This document shows, piece by piece, positions 17,974 to 28,280 of a stretch of 64,000 nt of DNA. Source of the DNA: Bdellovibrionales bacterium (GTDB lineage Bacteria; Bdellovibrionota; Bdellovibrionia; Bdellovibrionales; DASUEL01). Location of the stretch: positions 11,620 to 75,619 of the forward strand of contig JBFWOZ010000012.1 of the NCBI GenBank assembly GCA_050250255.1. Reading direction: 5' to 3'. The position numbers and the translations under genes are program-made. The first letter of the stretch is position 1. Every line of letters begins with the position of its first letter. The notes under the pieces are model-generated. The model was given only the letters and a program-made list of their open reading frames with translations, ran no database searches and was not told the origin of the DNA.

Positions 17974-20004
17974 CTACAGCATATTGATGGGATCGATATC
18001 TACAGAGATTTTCACACCTTGGAACTTAGGTTCTAAAAGTTTTTCGCACAGAGCATTGAGTGAAGCATGTTGCGAGGATTTGATTAAAATCTGATGGCGA
18101 AACTTACCCTTTAATTTTGAAAAGGGAGATTCCGCTGGGCCCAGCACTTCGATATGTGCGAATCGAGAATCTTTCTGAATCCACCTTTGAGCAAGCTCAA
18201 CGATTTGTTCGCCCGCACGATGGAGGTGTGATTGTTGAGTCGATTGAAGACGCAGACAAGCGATGCGACCGGTAGGTGGATAAAAGAGTTCTTTACGTAG
18301 TGCGAGTTCCTGTTCGGCAAATCCCACGTAGTCATGGTGGAGGGCGTGCTGAACACTCGAATGTTCGCAGTTAAAAGTTTGCAATAAAACTTCGCCGGGA
18401 GATTGATCGGGCTTTGGATGTCGACCGGCACGTCCACCCATTTGCATTAAGAGCTGAAAGCTGCGTTCGGCCGCTCGAAAATCAGGAAGATTAAATCCGA
18501 TATCGGCAACGATGAAACCCACGAGGGTCAGATTTTCGAAGTCGAGCCCCTTTGCAATCATTTGAGTTCCAATAAGGATGTCAATTTGGTTGGACTCCAT
18601 TTTTTGAATGATGTCCTCAAGCTCCTCACGAGACGTGATGTTGTCACGATCGGCGCGTTCAATACGAGCGTCGGGAAAAAGTTTCGCGAGATCTTGCTCG
18701 ATAGATTCGGTACCGATTCCTAAGGCTTTCAGTTCCGAATCTTTACATTCTGGACAAATTCGAGGGAGCGTCTGGCGGTAATCGCAGTAGTGGCAAATAA
18801 GATTCGACTTTCCATGAAGGGTGAGGGCGACAGAACAGTTAGGGCAATCTAAACGTTTTCCACAGTCTCCACACAAAACTGTAGGCGCCATTCCCCGACG
18901 ATTGATAAAGAGGGCTGTTTGTTCGCGTTTTTCGAGGCGCTCTTTGATTTTTTGATACAGCTGTGGACTGAGCCAAGGAGCCGGTTGATCTTCTTTTTTG
19001 TCGCCCGATTGGGCGCTTAATTTTAGCTCCCGAAGATCTACGAGTTCTATCAGTGGCATTGGTCGATGTTCCACCCGATGTTTCATGGTGTGAAGAGAGT
19101 ATTTTTTTTCTTTAGCGTTGTTCCAGCTCTCGAGGCTAGGGGTGGCGGAGCCGAGAACGATCGGGCAACCTTTTGTTTTTGCGAGCATGATGGCGGCATC
19201 ACGCGCGTGATATTTAAAAGTCTCTTCCTGCTTGAAGCTAGGTTCATGTTCTTCATCAATGATAATGAGACCAAGTTTTGGAAGCGGGCAGAAGAGAGCG
19301 GAGCGGGCTCCGATTAAAATCTGTTTTCCTTCTGTCACCATTTCCCACCATTGATTGGTTTTTTCTCGAGGAGTCAGATGAGAGTGGTAGACCGCAATAT
19401 TTTGTCCAAAACGATTCGTAAATCGTTGAATCATTTGTGGAGTGAGAGAGATTTCGGGAACTAACACGATCGCTTGTTCTCCTCTCGCGAGAGTGTCCTT
19501 AAGAAGCTGTAAATACACTTCTGTTTTTCCAGAGCCGGTCACTCCAAACAGCAGATGTACACCAAATCCCGACTTACTTTTAATCTCTTGAAGCACATGA
19601 GCTTGTTCTTCTGTCAGTGTGGGTTCTTGTCTGACTTGAGCTTGCGGAAGGATCTCGCTTTTTCTCGTTTTGCGTGCGCCGATAGAACTTAAGGGGGGAT
19701 AAGCGAGGGAAGTCACTTGTCCCGGAGGATGCATATAGTATTTCGAAAGCCAGAGGAGCCACTCTCGGTAATGCGCAGGGAGTGGCGGATACTCGGTCAA
19801 AACCTCAGAAATATTTTTGATCCCAACACCCTCGGGAGTGACCGGATTCTCAATAAAGTCGATGACGACGCCTTGAGCTTGCCGTGAACCAAGTGGAACT
19901 TTCACGGCGCGACCTAAAAGATCTTCCGTCTGCATGTCGAGAGGCAGGGAGTACGTCAGAACTGATTTTAAGGGAGCCTCAACGGCTACTTGGACAAACT
20001 TCAC
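17974..20004 (-). CDS. priA: Primosomal protein N' (replication restart helicase)
   Basis: GVTGSGKTEVY, DEEHE, SATPS, CxxC zinc motifs, GTQMIAKGLDF and DIDP terminus. Confidence 0.97.
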   Translation of the reverse strand: MKFVQVAVEAPLKSVLTYSLPLDMQTEDLLGRAVKVPLGSRQAQGVVIDFIENPVTPEGVGIKNISEVLTEYPPLPAHYREWLLWLSKYYMHPPGQVTSLAYPPLSSIGARKTRKSEILPQAQVRQEPTLTEEQAHVLQEIKSKSGFGVHLLFGVTGSGKTEVYLQLLKDTLARGEQAIVLVPEISLTPQMIQRFTNRFGQNIAVYHSHLTPREKTNQWWEMVTEGKQILIGARSALFCPLPKLGLIIIDEEHEPSFKQEETFKYHARDAAIMLAKTKGCPIVLGSATPSLESWNNAKEKKYSLHTMKHRVEHRPMPLIELVDLRELKLSAQSGDKKEDQPAPWLSPQLYQKIKERLEKREQTALFINRRGMAPTVLCGDCGKRLDCPNCSVALTLHGKSNLICHYCDYRQTLPRICPECKDSELKALGIGTESIEQDLAKLFPDARIERADRDNITSREELEDIIQKMESNQIDILIGTQMIAKGLDFENLTLVGFIVADIGFNLPDFRAAERSFQLLMQMGGRAGRHPKPDQSPGEVLLQTFNCEHSSVQHALHHDYVGFAEQELALRKELFYPPTGRIACLRLQSTQQSHLHRAGEQIVELAQRWIQKDSRFAHIEVLGPAESPFSKLKGKFRHQILIKSSQHASLNALCEKLLEPKFQGVKISVDIDPINML

Positions 20005-20028
20005 TGTCCTCCAATGTCAGATACCAGC

Positions 20029-20904
20029 CTAACGAAAGCGCGAGTAGAACTCTTTTACGACAGGAAGAATCTCGCCGCTGCTCGCAGTCACTGTGGTTTT
20101 TTTCGAACGTAAATAACTCGGCTGAAGCTTCGCTTTCATATCGGGAGTGGGTGTGATCGGCGTTACCTTCACGGTACGGATCGAAACGCTGTTTTCACCC
20201 CAGCTTACGGAACGAGCCTTAGGAAAAGAAAGTCCTCGTCCGTAATCGGTGTATTCGTCTGCTAAAATTTCTGCGGTCGAAGGAAGGCGCAACCTTTGGA
20301 TATGGAAACGATCTTGTTCAATCCATATTCCCGGAAGAGGAGCGGAATCTGGTGGTGTGGCTTTGCCAATTCCATAAGTCACCGTTCCGTCAGATCTTGC
20401 AAGCCGAATGAAAGGATCGCGGGCTTGAGCGGCTTCTTTTGCATTTTTGACTTTAGGGTCACGGGCTAGAATTTTTTGGGTCACGATATTGTCGCGGATG
20501 AGCTCTTCCGCAAAACTTTCAAGGCTACGATAATGAAAAGTGTCTTCAAAAAAATCGGCAGGAATACGAGTGGCTCTTTCTTGCCCATGTTCATCGATAA
20601 AAAGCTTTTGTCGTCCTTTATAAATAACGAAAGCGGGCGCTCCGGGTCCACGAGCTTCCATAAACATGGATTCCCCATTTTCGATGAGCCAGTTTTCAAT
20701 CACCGAAGTGGTTCCACCGGCCGTTCGGAAAGTGATCTCCATTTGAATGGCGTAGTAACCTCTGCCGTGGTTTTTGGCCGTCTTCTCTAAAACGAAACGA
20801 GTTTTTGGAACGTAAGCGTGAGCGCGTTCATAGAGAGAAAAAAGCGCAAGGACAAAAGAACCAAAAAGAAAAAAGATGAGTCGAAAAAAAGTATAAGGGT
20901 CCAC
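20029..20904 (-). CDS. Exported hypothetical protein (possible LolA-like beta fold)
   Basis: Signal/TM segment ending AHA; beta-rich mature region. Confidence 0.6.
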   Translation of the reverse strand: MDPYTFFRLIFFLFGSFVLALFSLYERAHAYVPKTRFVLEKTAKNHGRGYYAIQMEITFRTAGGTTSVIENWLIENGESMFMEARGPGAPAFVIYKGRQKLFIDEHGQERATRIPADFFEDTFHYRSLESFAEELIRDNIVTQKILARDPKVKNAKEAAQARDPFIRLARSDGTVTYGIGKATPPDSAPLPGIWIEQDRFHIQRLRLPSTAEILADEYTDYGRGLSFPKARSVSWGENSVSIRTVKVTPITPTPDMKAKLQPSYLRSKKTTVTASSGEILPVVKEFYSRFR

Positions 20905-20913
20905 GTCGCTCTC

Positions 20914-21798
20914 CTATAGTCGTTGAGCCAGTTGTTTAATGTAGGCCTTCATATCGTCCGCCAAATCGGGATGCACGAGTGAAAGTTCAATATTGGCCGT
21001 GAGATATCCAAATTTATCGCCCGTATCAAAGCGTTGATCCTTAAAAGGTTGAGCTAAGATGCCTTCTTTTTTCGCAAGCATTCTCATTCCATCCGTCAGT
21101 TGAATCTCGCCACCTTTTCCAGGTTTTGTTTCTGCAAGGGCATCAAAAATTCCTCGGGTAAAAACGTAGCGACCAGGAAGGGCCCACTGACTTGGGGCTT
21201 GTTCCACACTTGGTTTTTCAATCACATCAAGGACTCGTGCGGGAAAGCCTGTCGACTCATTCAAATGATCATCAAATTTCACCATACCATATTTAACGAC
21301 GTCACTCTTGGGAACTTTCATGACGGCCACAGCGGATTGACCGGTGCTTTCGTAAGTGGTTTTGAGATCGTGAGTGACGCCCGGAGTGCCGAGCATGATC
21401 TCATCTCCTAACAAGACGGCAAAGGGCTCATCCCCAACAATGGGACGACCCACCAAAACGGCGTGGCCCAATCCCAGAGCTTCTTTTTGACGAATGCTGA
21501 TGAAGTTCGCCATATCACGGATTTTTACGAGAGTTTCGTAAAGATCCATGCGTCCAGATTTTTTGAGAACCTCTTCAAGTTCGACGGAACGATCAAAAAA
21601 ATCTTCAATCGCGTTTTTCCCGCGGCCCGCAATGATGACAATGTCTTCTATCCCAGCTCGAACCGCTTCCTCTACGTTGTAAAGAAGGGCGGGGCGATCT
21701 ACGATAGGTAACATTTCTTTGGGAATATTTTTGGTGGCAGGTAAAAATCGGGTCCCTAAGCCGGCAGCTGGAATGATGGCTTTTCTGATTGACTTCAT
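20914..21798 (-). CDS. galU: UTP--glucose-1-phosphate uridylyltransferase
   Basis: KAIIPAAGLGTRFLPATKNIPKEMLP, GLGHA and GGEIQLTD motifs. Start moved to MKSIRK at 21798. Confidence 0.96.
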   Translation of the reverse strand: MKSIRKAIIPAAGLGTRFLPATKNIPKEMLPIVDRPALLYNVEEAVRAGIEDIVIIAGRGKNAIEDFFDRSVELEEVLKKSGRMDLYETLVKIRDMANFISIRQKEALGLGHAVLVGRPIVGDEPFAVLLGDEIMLGTPGVTHDLKTTYESTGQSAVAVMKVPKSDVVKYGMVKFDDHLNESTGFPARVLDVIEKPSVEQAPSQWALPGRYVFTRGIFDALAETKPGKGGEIQLTDGMRMLAKKEGILAQPFKDQRFDTGDKFGYLTANIELSLVHPDLADDMKAYIKQLAQRL

Positions 21799-21869
21799 GC
21801 CCCGTAAATAACCATGACCGCGCCCATCTGACAATTGATTTGAACGACCTAACATGGCAAAACGGAGTC

Positions 21870-21886
21870 TTGGCCTAGACTTTGCT
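21870..21886 (+). promoter_or_regulatory. Putative sigma54 (-24/-12) promoter of the opp operon
   Basis: TTGGCCTAGACTTTGCT has the GG-N10-GC spacing with TTGC; it ends 26 nt upstream of the oppA ATG. Confidence 0.6.
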
Positions 21887-21912
21887 CAAACGGCCATCAC
21901 AGGGAGATACAC

Positions 21913-23553
21913 ATGAAAATAACAAACTTATATCGGTCTTTAACAAAAATCAGTGGCAGCTTGACCCTGACCGCTCTTACTTTTCTGGTAGCATTGTGCC
22001 TGGCTTCGCCAGCACTTCACGCCGCGAAAAACTCAACTTTAACTCTCGCGTTAATGGGTGAGCCACCTCAATTGGATCATTCCCGTGCGACAGATGTGGA
22101 AAGCTTTTTCGTTCTTGGTCATGTTTTGGATGGTCTCGTACGCTACGACAAAGCCGGTAAGATCATTCCTGCGGCCGCAGATAAATGGGAACTCAACGAA
22201 AAGGGCGCAAAATTTTTCCTCAAAAAAGGTTTGAAGTGGAGCGATGGCTCACCTTTAACGGCCCATGATTTCGTATTTGCTTGGAGAGTGGCGGTAGATC
22301 CAAAAACCGCGAGCGAATACTCCGGGATTTTCTATCACATCAAAAACGCAGAAGCTGTGAACAAGGGCTCTAAGCCAGTGACGGAGCTGGGTGTAAAAGC
22401 GGTTGACGACACCACACTCGAAGTCGTTTTCGAAAAACCCTGTGGTTACTTCGTGTCTTTGACGGCTTTCGCAACATTCCTACCAATCAAAGAATCTTTC
22501 TATAATGCGCAAAAAGGAAAGTACGGAGCGGATGCCGATAAAATTCTTTATAATGGACCTTACAAAATCACGAACTGGGTTCACGGCGCTTCCATGAAGA
22601 TGGAAAAGAACCCCCACTACTGGAATGCTAAAAACATTCACGTAGATGTAATCGATATTCCTTATATGACTCCGGACGACGGGGCTCGCTTCAACCTGTT
22701 CAAAACGAAAAAAATCGACGTCCTTTACCGTCTTGGAAAAGATGACGTACAAAACGCTCAGAAAGAAAAATTCAAACTTCAAAAGTTTTCTGACGGAACA
22801 CTTTTCTACATGCTCTTCAACTTCCGTGAAGGCCGTGTAACAGCTAATAAAAACTTAAGAAAAGCGATTGCGGCGGTTTTGAACCCTCGGGAATATGTTA
22901 GCAAGGTGGTGACAATCCCAGGAACTCTTCCGGGGACAGGACTCGTGCCGACCTACATGATGGGTGTGAGCCAATCCTTCCGCAAAGAATTTCCCGTACC
23001 TCTTCGTAAGCAAAACATTGCCGAAGCGAAGAAGTATTTAGAGCTCGCGAAACAAGAGCTCAAGATGAAGACTCTTCCAACGATTTCCTGGACGACTTCT
23101 GATACGCCAGTCGCTGTTCGCGAAGCGGAATACTTCCAAAATCTTTTAAAATCGACTCTTGGAATTGATTTGAAGATCGATAAACAGATCTTTAAACAAC
23201 GTCTTGCTAAACAGCAATCTGGCGATTTCGATATCGTTTCTGCTGGTTGGGGTCCTGATTACGCAGATCCGATGACTTTTATCGACCTCTTCGCAAGCTG
23301 GAACAACAACAACAACGGTCGATGGGTGAACAAAGAGTATGATGCCCTTGTTGAGAAAGCGACGATGAACTCAAACCAAAAACAGCGTATGGCCGATATG
23401 GCCAAGGCTGAGAAAATCATGCTGGACGATCTTGCGATCCTTCCGCTTTACGAGCGTACGGTGATGTACACGGCGGATGCAAAAGTACAGGGCATTGTTC
23501 GTCGTGCTGTTGGATATGATCCTGATTATATCAACGTAAAGATTAAGCAGTAA
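21913..23553 (+). CDS. oppA: Oligopeptide ABC transporter substrate-binding protein
   Basis: Family-5 SBP motifs KWSDGSPLTAHDFVFAW, NGPYK and GWGPDYADP; signal peptide. Confidence 0.93.
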   Translation: MKITNLYRSLTKISGSLTLTALTFLVALCLASPALHAAKNSTLTLALMGEPPQLDHSRATDVESFFVLGHVLDGLVRYDKAGKIIPAAADKWELNEKGAKFFLKKGLKWSDGSPLTAHDFVFAWRVAVDPKTASEYSGIFYHIKNAEAVNKGSKPVTELGVKAVDDTTLEVVFEKPCGYFVSLTAFATFLPIKESFYNAQKGKYGADADKILYNGPYKITNWVHGASMKMEKNPHYWNAKNIHVDVIDIPYMTPDDGARFNLFKTKKIDVLYRLGKDDVQNAQKEKFKLQKFSDGTLFYMLFNFREGRVTANKNLRKAIAAVLNPREYVSKVVTIPGTLPGTGLVPTYMMGVSQSFRKEFPVPLRKQNIAEAKKYLELAKQELKMKTLPTISWTTSDTPVAVREAEYFQNLLKSTLGIDLKIDKQIFKQRLAKQQSGDFDIVSAGWGPDYADPMTFIDLFASWNNNNNGRWVNKEYDALVEKATMNSNQKQRMADMAKAEKIMLDDLAILPLYERTVMYTADAKVQGIVRRAVGYDPDYINVKIKQ

Positions 23554-23573
23554 TCAAGTACAAGAAGCTTGTG

Positions 23574-23593
23574 TCGGGGACGAACGTCCTCGA
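23574..23593 (+). promoter_or_regulatory. Stem-loop between oppA and oppB (possible mRNA stabiliser/attenuator)
   Basis: TCGGGGAC-GAAC-GTCCTCGA hairpin without a U-tract. Confidence 0.45.
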
Positions 23594-23633
23594 TGGCGAG
23601 TTGGCGAGGCGCAAGCGCTCGGCGAGGTTGTGA

Positions 23634-24575
23634 ATGGCGAAATATATCCTTCATAGAATTTTGGGTGGAATCGTGACCGTTTTTTTTATGGCCACGTTCA
23701 CTTTTTTTGCTATGCATGCAGTTCCTGGAGATCCTCTCCTAGGGGCAAAAGCCGTGAACGCCCAAGTTCGTCAGAACTTAGAGGCGAAGTATGGTCTTGA
23801 TAAACCGCTTAGCACTCAGTATGTGGTTTTTTTGACAAATATGTTGAAGGGGGATTTTGGAATCTCTTTCACTCAACAAAATCGCGCGGTGAACGACATT
23901 ATTAAAGAACACTTCCCGGTGAGTGCACTTCTCGGAGTGCTCGCGGTGACATTTGCAACTTTGGGTGGAATTTTTTTTGGTGCGCTTACGGCCATCAATC
24001 GCAACGGTTTTTCCGATCGTAGCATCATGTTTTTAGTGATCTTATGTGTGTCCGTTCCAAGCTTTGTAGTTGCGGCTATGGCTCAGTATGTACTTTCTGA
24101 AATTCATAAAAACTTTGGTATTGAAATTCTACCCGTTGCGGGTTGGGGAACAATCCCCCATATGGTTTTACCTTCGGTCGTACTCGGCCTCGCGATCATG
24201 GCATTTCTCACGCGCCTTATGCGCTCTTCAATGTTAGAGGTCGTGAATCAAGACTACATTCGTACGGCAAAAGCGAAGGGACTTCCTACTTCAAGAATTT
24301 TTATTAAACATCAATTAAGAAATGCCGTTCTACCTGTTGTGACTTACTTGGGGCCGAGCATTGCTGCGGTAACAACCGGTGGGTTTGTTGCTGAAGTTGT
24401 GTTTTCTATCCCCGGTCTTGGTCGTTATTTTGTGCAGGCCGTTCAACAGATGGATTACACAGTGATCATGGGGCTCACCGTATTTTACGGCGCCTATCTC
24501 GTTTTTATGGTGATTCTCGTAGATGTGCTCTATGGCTTTATTGATCCTAGAATCAAAGTAACGAAAACGGCGTAG
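23634..24575 (+). CDS. oppB: Oligopeptide ABC permease OppB
   Basis: PGDP, DYIRTAKAKGL EAA loop and DPRI terminus. Confidence 0.93.
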   Translation: MAKYILHRILGGIVTVFFMATFTFFAMHAVPGDPLLGAKAVNAQVRQNLEAKYGLDKPLSTQYVVFLTNMLKGDFGISFTQQNRAVNDIIKEHFPVSALLGVLAVTFATLGGIFFGALTAINRNGFSDRSIMFLVILCVSVPSFVVAAMAQYVLSEIHKNFGIEILPVAGWGTIPHMVLPSVVLGLAIMAFLTRLMRSSMLEVVNQDYIRTAKAKGLPTSRIFIKHQLRNAVLPVVTYLGPSIAAVTTGGFVAEVVFSIPGLGRYFVQAVQQMDYTVIMGLTVFYGAYLVFMVILVDVLYGFIDPRIKVTKTA

Positions 24576-24588
24576 TGGTGGTGGGAAA

Positions 24589-26079
24589 ATGAGCTTTACA
24601 AATCCTGATTCCACACTCTCAGCTTCTGGAGCGAACATGGGTCAGCATATGCCCGGTCAACAGGATACGACAGCCAAAACCGCTCAGCAATTTGATTTAA
24701 AAAATTCTGACTTTTTACCTGCAAAAAAACAAAAAACAGATAACAGCATCTCTCGCCCGTCTTTGTCTTACTGGCAAGATGCGATGAGAAGATTCAAGAA
24801 AAATAAGCAGGCACTTGTAGCAGCTATTCTTGCCGTACTTCTTATGCTTTTTGTTTTCGTAGGACCATCGATCTATCGGATTGATCCCGATGAACAAGAT
24901 CCTAATCAGGCAAACCTTGCGCCCTCTATGGGACAAGATGCGATTGTGATCGCAGAAGAAACAGAAATGTGGGCAGGCATCATCAGCATGGACGCGCCTG
25001 CACTACCTGAAGAAAATGTAGAAAATTTGGCGGCACCTCGGGGTTTTGAAACCACAGGTCCTGTTTCAACTCGATTTGTTCGACTCACTTGGAGACCCGT
25101 AGCAGGTGCTGCGGGATATCAGTTGTACCGAAGTGAAGTACCCACAGAGCCGGGTTCCTTAGGCGTACCGCTCGGTGATACACAAGCGGGAAATCAAATC
25201 TCCTATGAAGATACGGCGAGCCTTGAATCAAAAACTTACTATTATTCTGTCGTAGCGAAAAATTTGGAAGGTACCGAATCTTCTGAGTACACAACCATTC
25301 CAGTAAAAGTACCGCCGGGACTCTACTTAGAAGCGGCTCAGGGGTTAAATCCCAATGCCCAGGTCGGTGGAACTATCCGCTTAAAGGCGGCGCCACTGGG
25401 AACGGATTCTCTCGGGAGAGATCTGCTTGCGCGCTTGATGTTTGGCGGACGCATTTCTCTTTTCATCGGCCTTTTTTGTGCGTTTGCACAAGTCACGATA
25501 GGTGTGATCATTGGTGGCATTTCTGGATATTTTGGAGGTCGAACCGACCAAGTGCTCATGCGCATTTCTGATTTTGTTCTAGGATTACCGTTTCTTCTTT
25601 TCGTTATTCTTTTGAAAGTTGTGTTCTCAACAGGCGCGGGTGACTCGGGTGTCGTGCCCATGATGATTGCCCTCATTATTCTTGCATGGCCAGGTCCCGC
25701 TCGCCTTGTGCGCGGACAGGTTTTACAACTTCGTGAAAGTGAATTTGTGCAAGCCGCTCGTATGATGGGAGCAACTCCTCAATATTTACTGACAAGACAT
25801 CTCTTCCCGAATCTTTTAGGAATCATTCTCGTGTCGCTCACTTTTGGTGTTCCAGTTGCGATTTTTAGCGAAGCCTTTCTCTCGTTTGTTGGTCTCGGAA
25901 TTTCTGCACCGGCCGCTTCGTGGGGAAGCCTGTGTAATGATGCCATTCAATCTATTTTAACTCGACCGCATGAGTTTTTCTTTCCGGCTCTTCTCATCAG
26001 CATCACGGTCTTAGCTTACAATCTTTTGGGGGACGGGCTGCGAGACGCCCTTGATCCAAAGTTGAGGTCTAACGAATGA
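24589..26079 (+). CDS. oppC: Oligopeptide ABC permease OppC with an inserted fibronectin type III domain
   Basis: SYWQDAMRRF, LGTDSLGRD, EFVQAARMMGA and GDGLRDALDP motifs; FN3-like insert VRLTW…GYQLYRS…TYYYSVVA. Confidence 0.9.
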   Translation: MSFTNPDSTLSASGANMGQHMPGQQDTTAKTAQQFDLKNSDFLPAKKQKTDNSISRPSLSYWQDAMRRFKKNKQALVAAILAVLLMLFVFVGPSIYRIDPDEQDPNQANLAPSMGQDAIVIAEETEMWAGIISMDAPALPEENVENLAAPRGFETTGPVSTRFVRLTWRPVAGAAGYQLYRSEVPTEPGSLGVPLGDTQAGNQISYEDTASLESKTYYYSVVAKNLEGTESSEYTTIPVKVPPGLYLEAAQGLNPNAQVGGTIRLKAAPLGTDSLGRDLLARLMFGGRISLFIGLFCAFAQVTIGVIIGGISGYFGGRTDQVLMRISDFVLGLPFLLFVILLKVVFSTGAGDSGVVPMMIALIILAWPGPARLVRGQVLQLRESEFVQAARMMGATPQYLLTRHLFPNLLGIILVSLTFGVPVAIFSEAFLSFVGLGISAPAASWGSLCNDAIQSILTRPHEFFFPALLISITVLAYNLLGDGLRDALDPKLRSNE

Positions 26080-27173
26080 AAAACGATGCACAAATAATTT
26101 TGGATGTAAAAGATTTGCGTGTGGAATTTGACACTTACGGTGGCGTTGTAAAGGCTGTTCGTGGTGTGAACTTTCAAGTTCGTAGCGGCGAAACTCTCGC
26201 CATCGTCGGTGAGTCCGGCTGTGGAAAATCGGTGACGGTTCAGTCTATTTTAGGCTTGATTCCAACACCTCCAGGGCGCATTGCTTCGGGTTCCGCAAAG
26301 CTTTTAGGTAAAGAGCTCATGGGGGTTCCCGTTCGCGAGTTGAACAAAGTTCGTGGTAACGATGTTGGCTTTATTTTTCAAGATCCGATGACCTCTTTAA
26401 ATCCAACGATGACAATTGGTGAGCAAATTTCTGAAGCTCTCTACTTCCATAAAAATATCAGTAAAGCGGCGGCCCGAGAAAAATCCATCGAGCTTCTTAA
26501 AAAAGTTCAAATCCCTGAAGCGCAAACACGTGTTGATCAATATCCTTTTGAGTTTTCCGGCGGCATGAGACAGCGGGTGATGATTGCAATGGCCATTGCC
26601 TGTGAACCAAAACTTCTGATTGCCGATGAACCAACGACAGCACTTGATGTGACGATTCAGTCTCAAATTTTGCAGCTCCTTAAAGAACTCCAAAAACAAA
26701 ACAACATGGCTCTTGTGCTGATCACCCATGACTTAGGTGTTGTGGCTCGTATGGCAGATCGAGTGAATGTGATGTACGCAGGTCAGGTGATCGAGTCTGG
26801 AACTGCGGAAGATGTATTTTATCGTTCTTCACATCCGTACACGGTTGGGCTACGTGCGGCTTTACCCTCTCGAGAAAAAGATAAAACAAAACTTGTTCCT
26901 ATTGAGGGAAGCCCTCCAGATCTTTTTCATCCTCCAAAAGGCTGCGCTTACTACGCGAGATGTCCTTACGCGATGAGTCTCTGTGAAGATAAAATGCCTC
27001 CGGAGTTTTTATCCGGCGCGGATCATATGGCGCGCTGCTGGCTTCACCACGGTATGGCGAAGGGCCGAGCCGTGACAACCCCAGTGTATACAACTCATGG
27101 TGAAGGTTCAGGCACAGTAATGAAAAGCACTCGGCCGACAACCACGTCACGTCCACCCGAATTGACACTGTAG
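26076..27173 (+). CDS. oppD: Oligopeptide ABC ATPase OppD
   Basis: GESGCGKS, SGGMRQR, ADEPTTALD, HPYT and C-terminal Cys cluster. Confidence 0.94.
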   Translation: MKNDAQIILDVKDLRVEFDTYGGVVKAVRGVNFQVRSGETLAIVGESGCGKSVTVQSILGLIPTPPGRIASGSAKLLGKELMGVPVRELNKVRGNDVGFIFQDPMTSLNPTMTIGEQISEALYFHKNISKAAAREKSIELLKKVQIPEAQTRVDQYPFEFSGGMRQRVMIAMAIACEPKLLIADEPTTALDVTIQSQILQLLKELQKQNNMALVLITHDLGVVARMADRVNVMYAGQVIESGTAEDVFYRSSHPYTVGLRAALPSREKDKTKLVPIEGSPPDLFHPPKGCAYYARCPYAMSLCEDKMPPEFLSGADHMARCWLHHGMAKGRAVTTPVYTTHGEGSGTVMKSTRPTTTSRPPELTL

Positions 27174-27182
27174 GAATTGTAA

Positions 27183-28160
27183 ATGGAAACACAAACAACA
27201 AAACCTATTTTGCAAATCAAAGGTCTGAAAAAATACTTTCAGGTCGACAAGAATAAAACTCTGCATGCAGTTGACGGAATAAACTTAGAGATTTTTGAGA
27301 ATGAAATTGTCGGACTTGTTGGTGAGTCCGGTTGTGGAAAATCGACCTTAGGTCGTACGCTTGCAGGTCTTTATGAAAAGACCGGCGGCGAAGTTGTTTT
27401 TCGAGGGGAAACACTCCCTCAAAAATATAAACCAGCCGACTTTGTTCGCCTCTCAAAAGAAATTCAAATGATCTTTCAAGACCCGTACTCCTCTTTGAAC
27501 CCTCGTATGACGGTCAAAGAAATCGTCGCGGAAGGTCCACTTCTTGCGGGCATTTGGAAAAAATCAGAAGTCAATCAAAAGGCCGGCGAATGGCTTTCGC
27601 GAGTAGGACTTGCTCCAGACCACATGTCTCGTTATCCGCACGAATTTTCGGGCGGACAAAGACAGAGAATTGGAATCGCGCGCGCTTTGGCTCTTGAACC
27701 GCGATTTGTAATTTGTGACGAACCGATTTCTGCTCTCGATGTTTCGATCCAAGCGCAAATTGTGAATCTTTTGGGCGAACTCAAAACAAAATTTGGTCTT
27801 ACGCTTCTCTTTATTGCGCATGATCTTTCGATGGTTCGATTTATTTCGGATCGCATGGCCGTGATGTATCTAGGAAGCATGGTAGAGCTCGGGCCTGCTG
27901 ACGAAGTTTATTTTGAACCGCTTCATCCTTATACAAAGCTTCTCGTGAAATCGAATCCCGAACCAGATCCTAAAATTGAGCGCCACCGTTCTGCGGAATT
28001 TTTAAAAGGTGAAATTCCAACACCTGTGAATCTTCGAGATGGTTGCCGTTTTGCTGGTCGCTGTCCTATTGCAGAAGGTCGCTGCCATAACGAAACGCCA
28101 CAGCTTAAAGAGATTAAAAAGAATCATTACGTGGCTTGTCATTTAGTCACCAACGCCTAA
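27183..28160 (+). CDS. oppF: Oligopeptide ABC ATPase OppF
   Basis: GESGCGKST, YPHEFSGGQRQR, CDEPISALD and HYVACH motifs. Confidence 0.94.
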   Translation: METQTTKPILQIKGLKKYFQVDKNKTLHAVDGINLEIFENEIVGLVGESGCGKSTLGRTLAGLYEKTGGEVVFRGETLPQKYKPADFVRLSKEIQMIFQDPYSSLNPRMTVKEIVAEGPLLAGIWKKSEVNQKAGEWLSRVGLAPDHMSRYPHEFSGGQRQRIGIARALALEPRFVICDEPISALDVSIQAQIVNLLGELKTKFGLTLLFIAHDLSMVRFISDRMAVMYLGSMVELGPADEVYFEPLHPYTKLLVKSNPEPDPKIERHRSAEFLKGEIPTPVNLRDGCRFAGRCPIAEGRCHNETPQLKEIKKNHYVACHLVTNA

Positions 28161-28280
28161 AGTATCCCGCTGAAAGCCTATCTACATAGGGGTTTCAAAC
28201 AAACGCCTCGCGTCTTTGAAACATAAGACTACATTTCCCAGGGACGCTGCAGTATGTTCCCTCCCAATTGGAGGTTCTTA

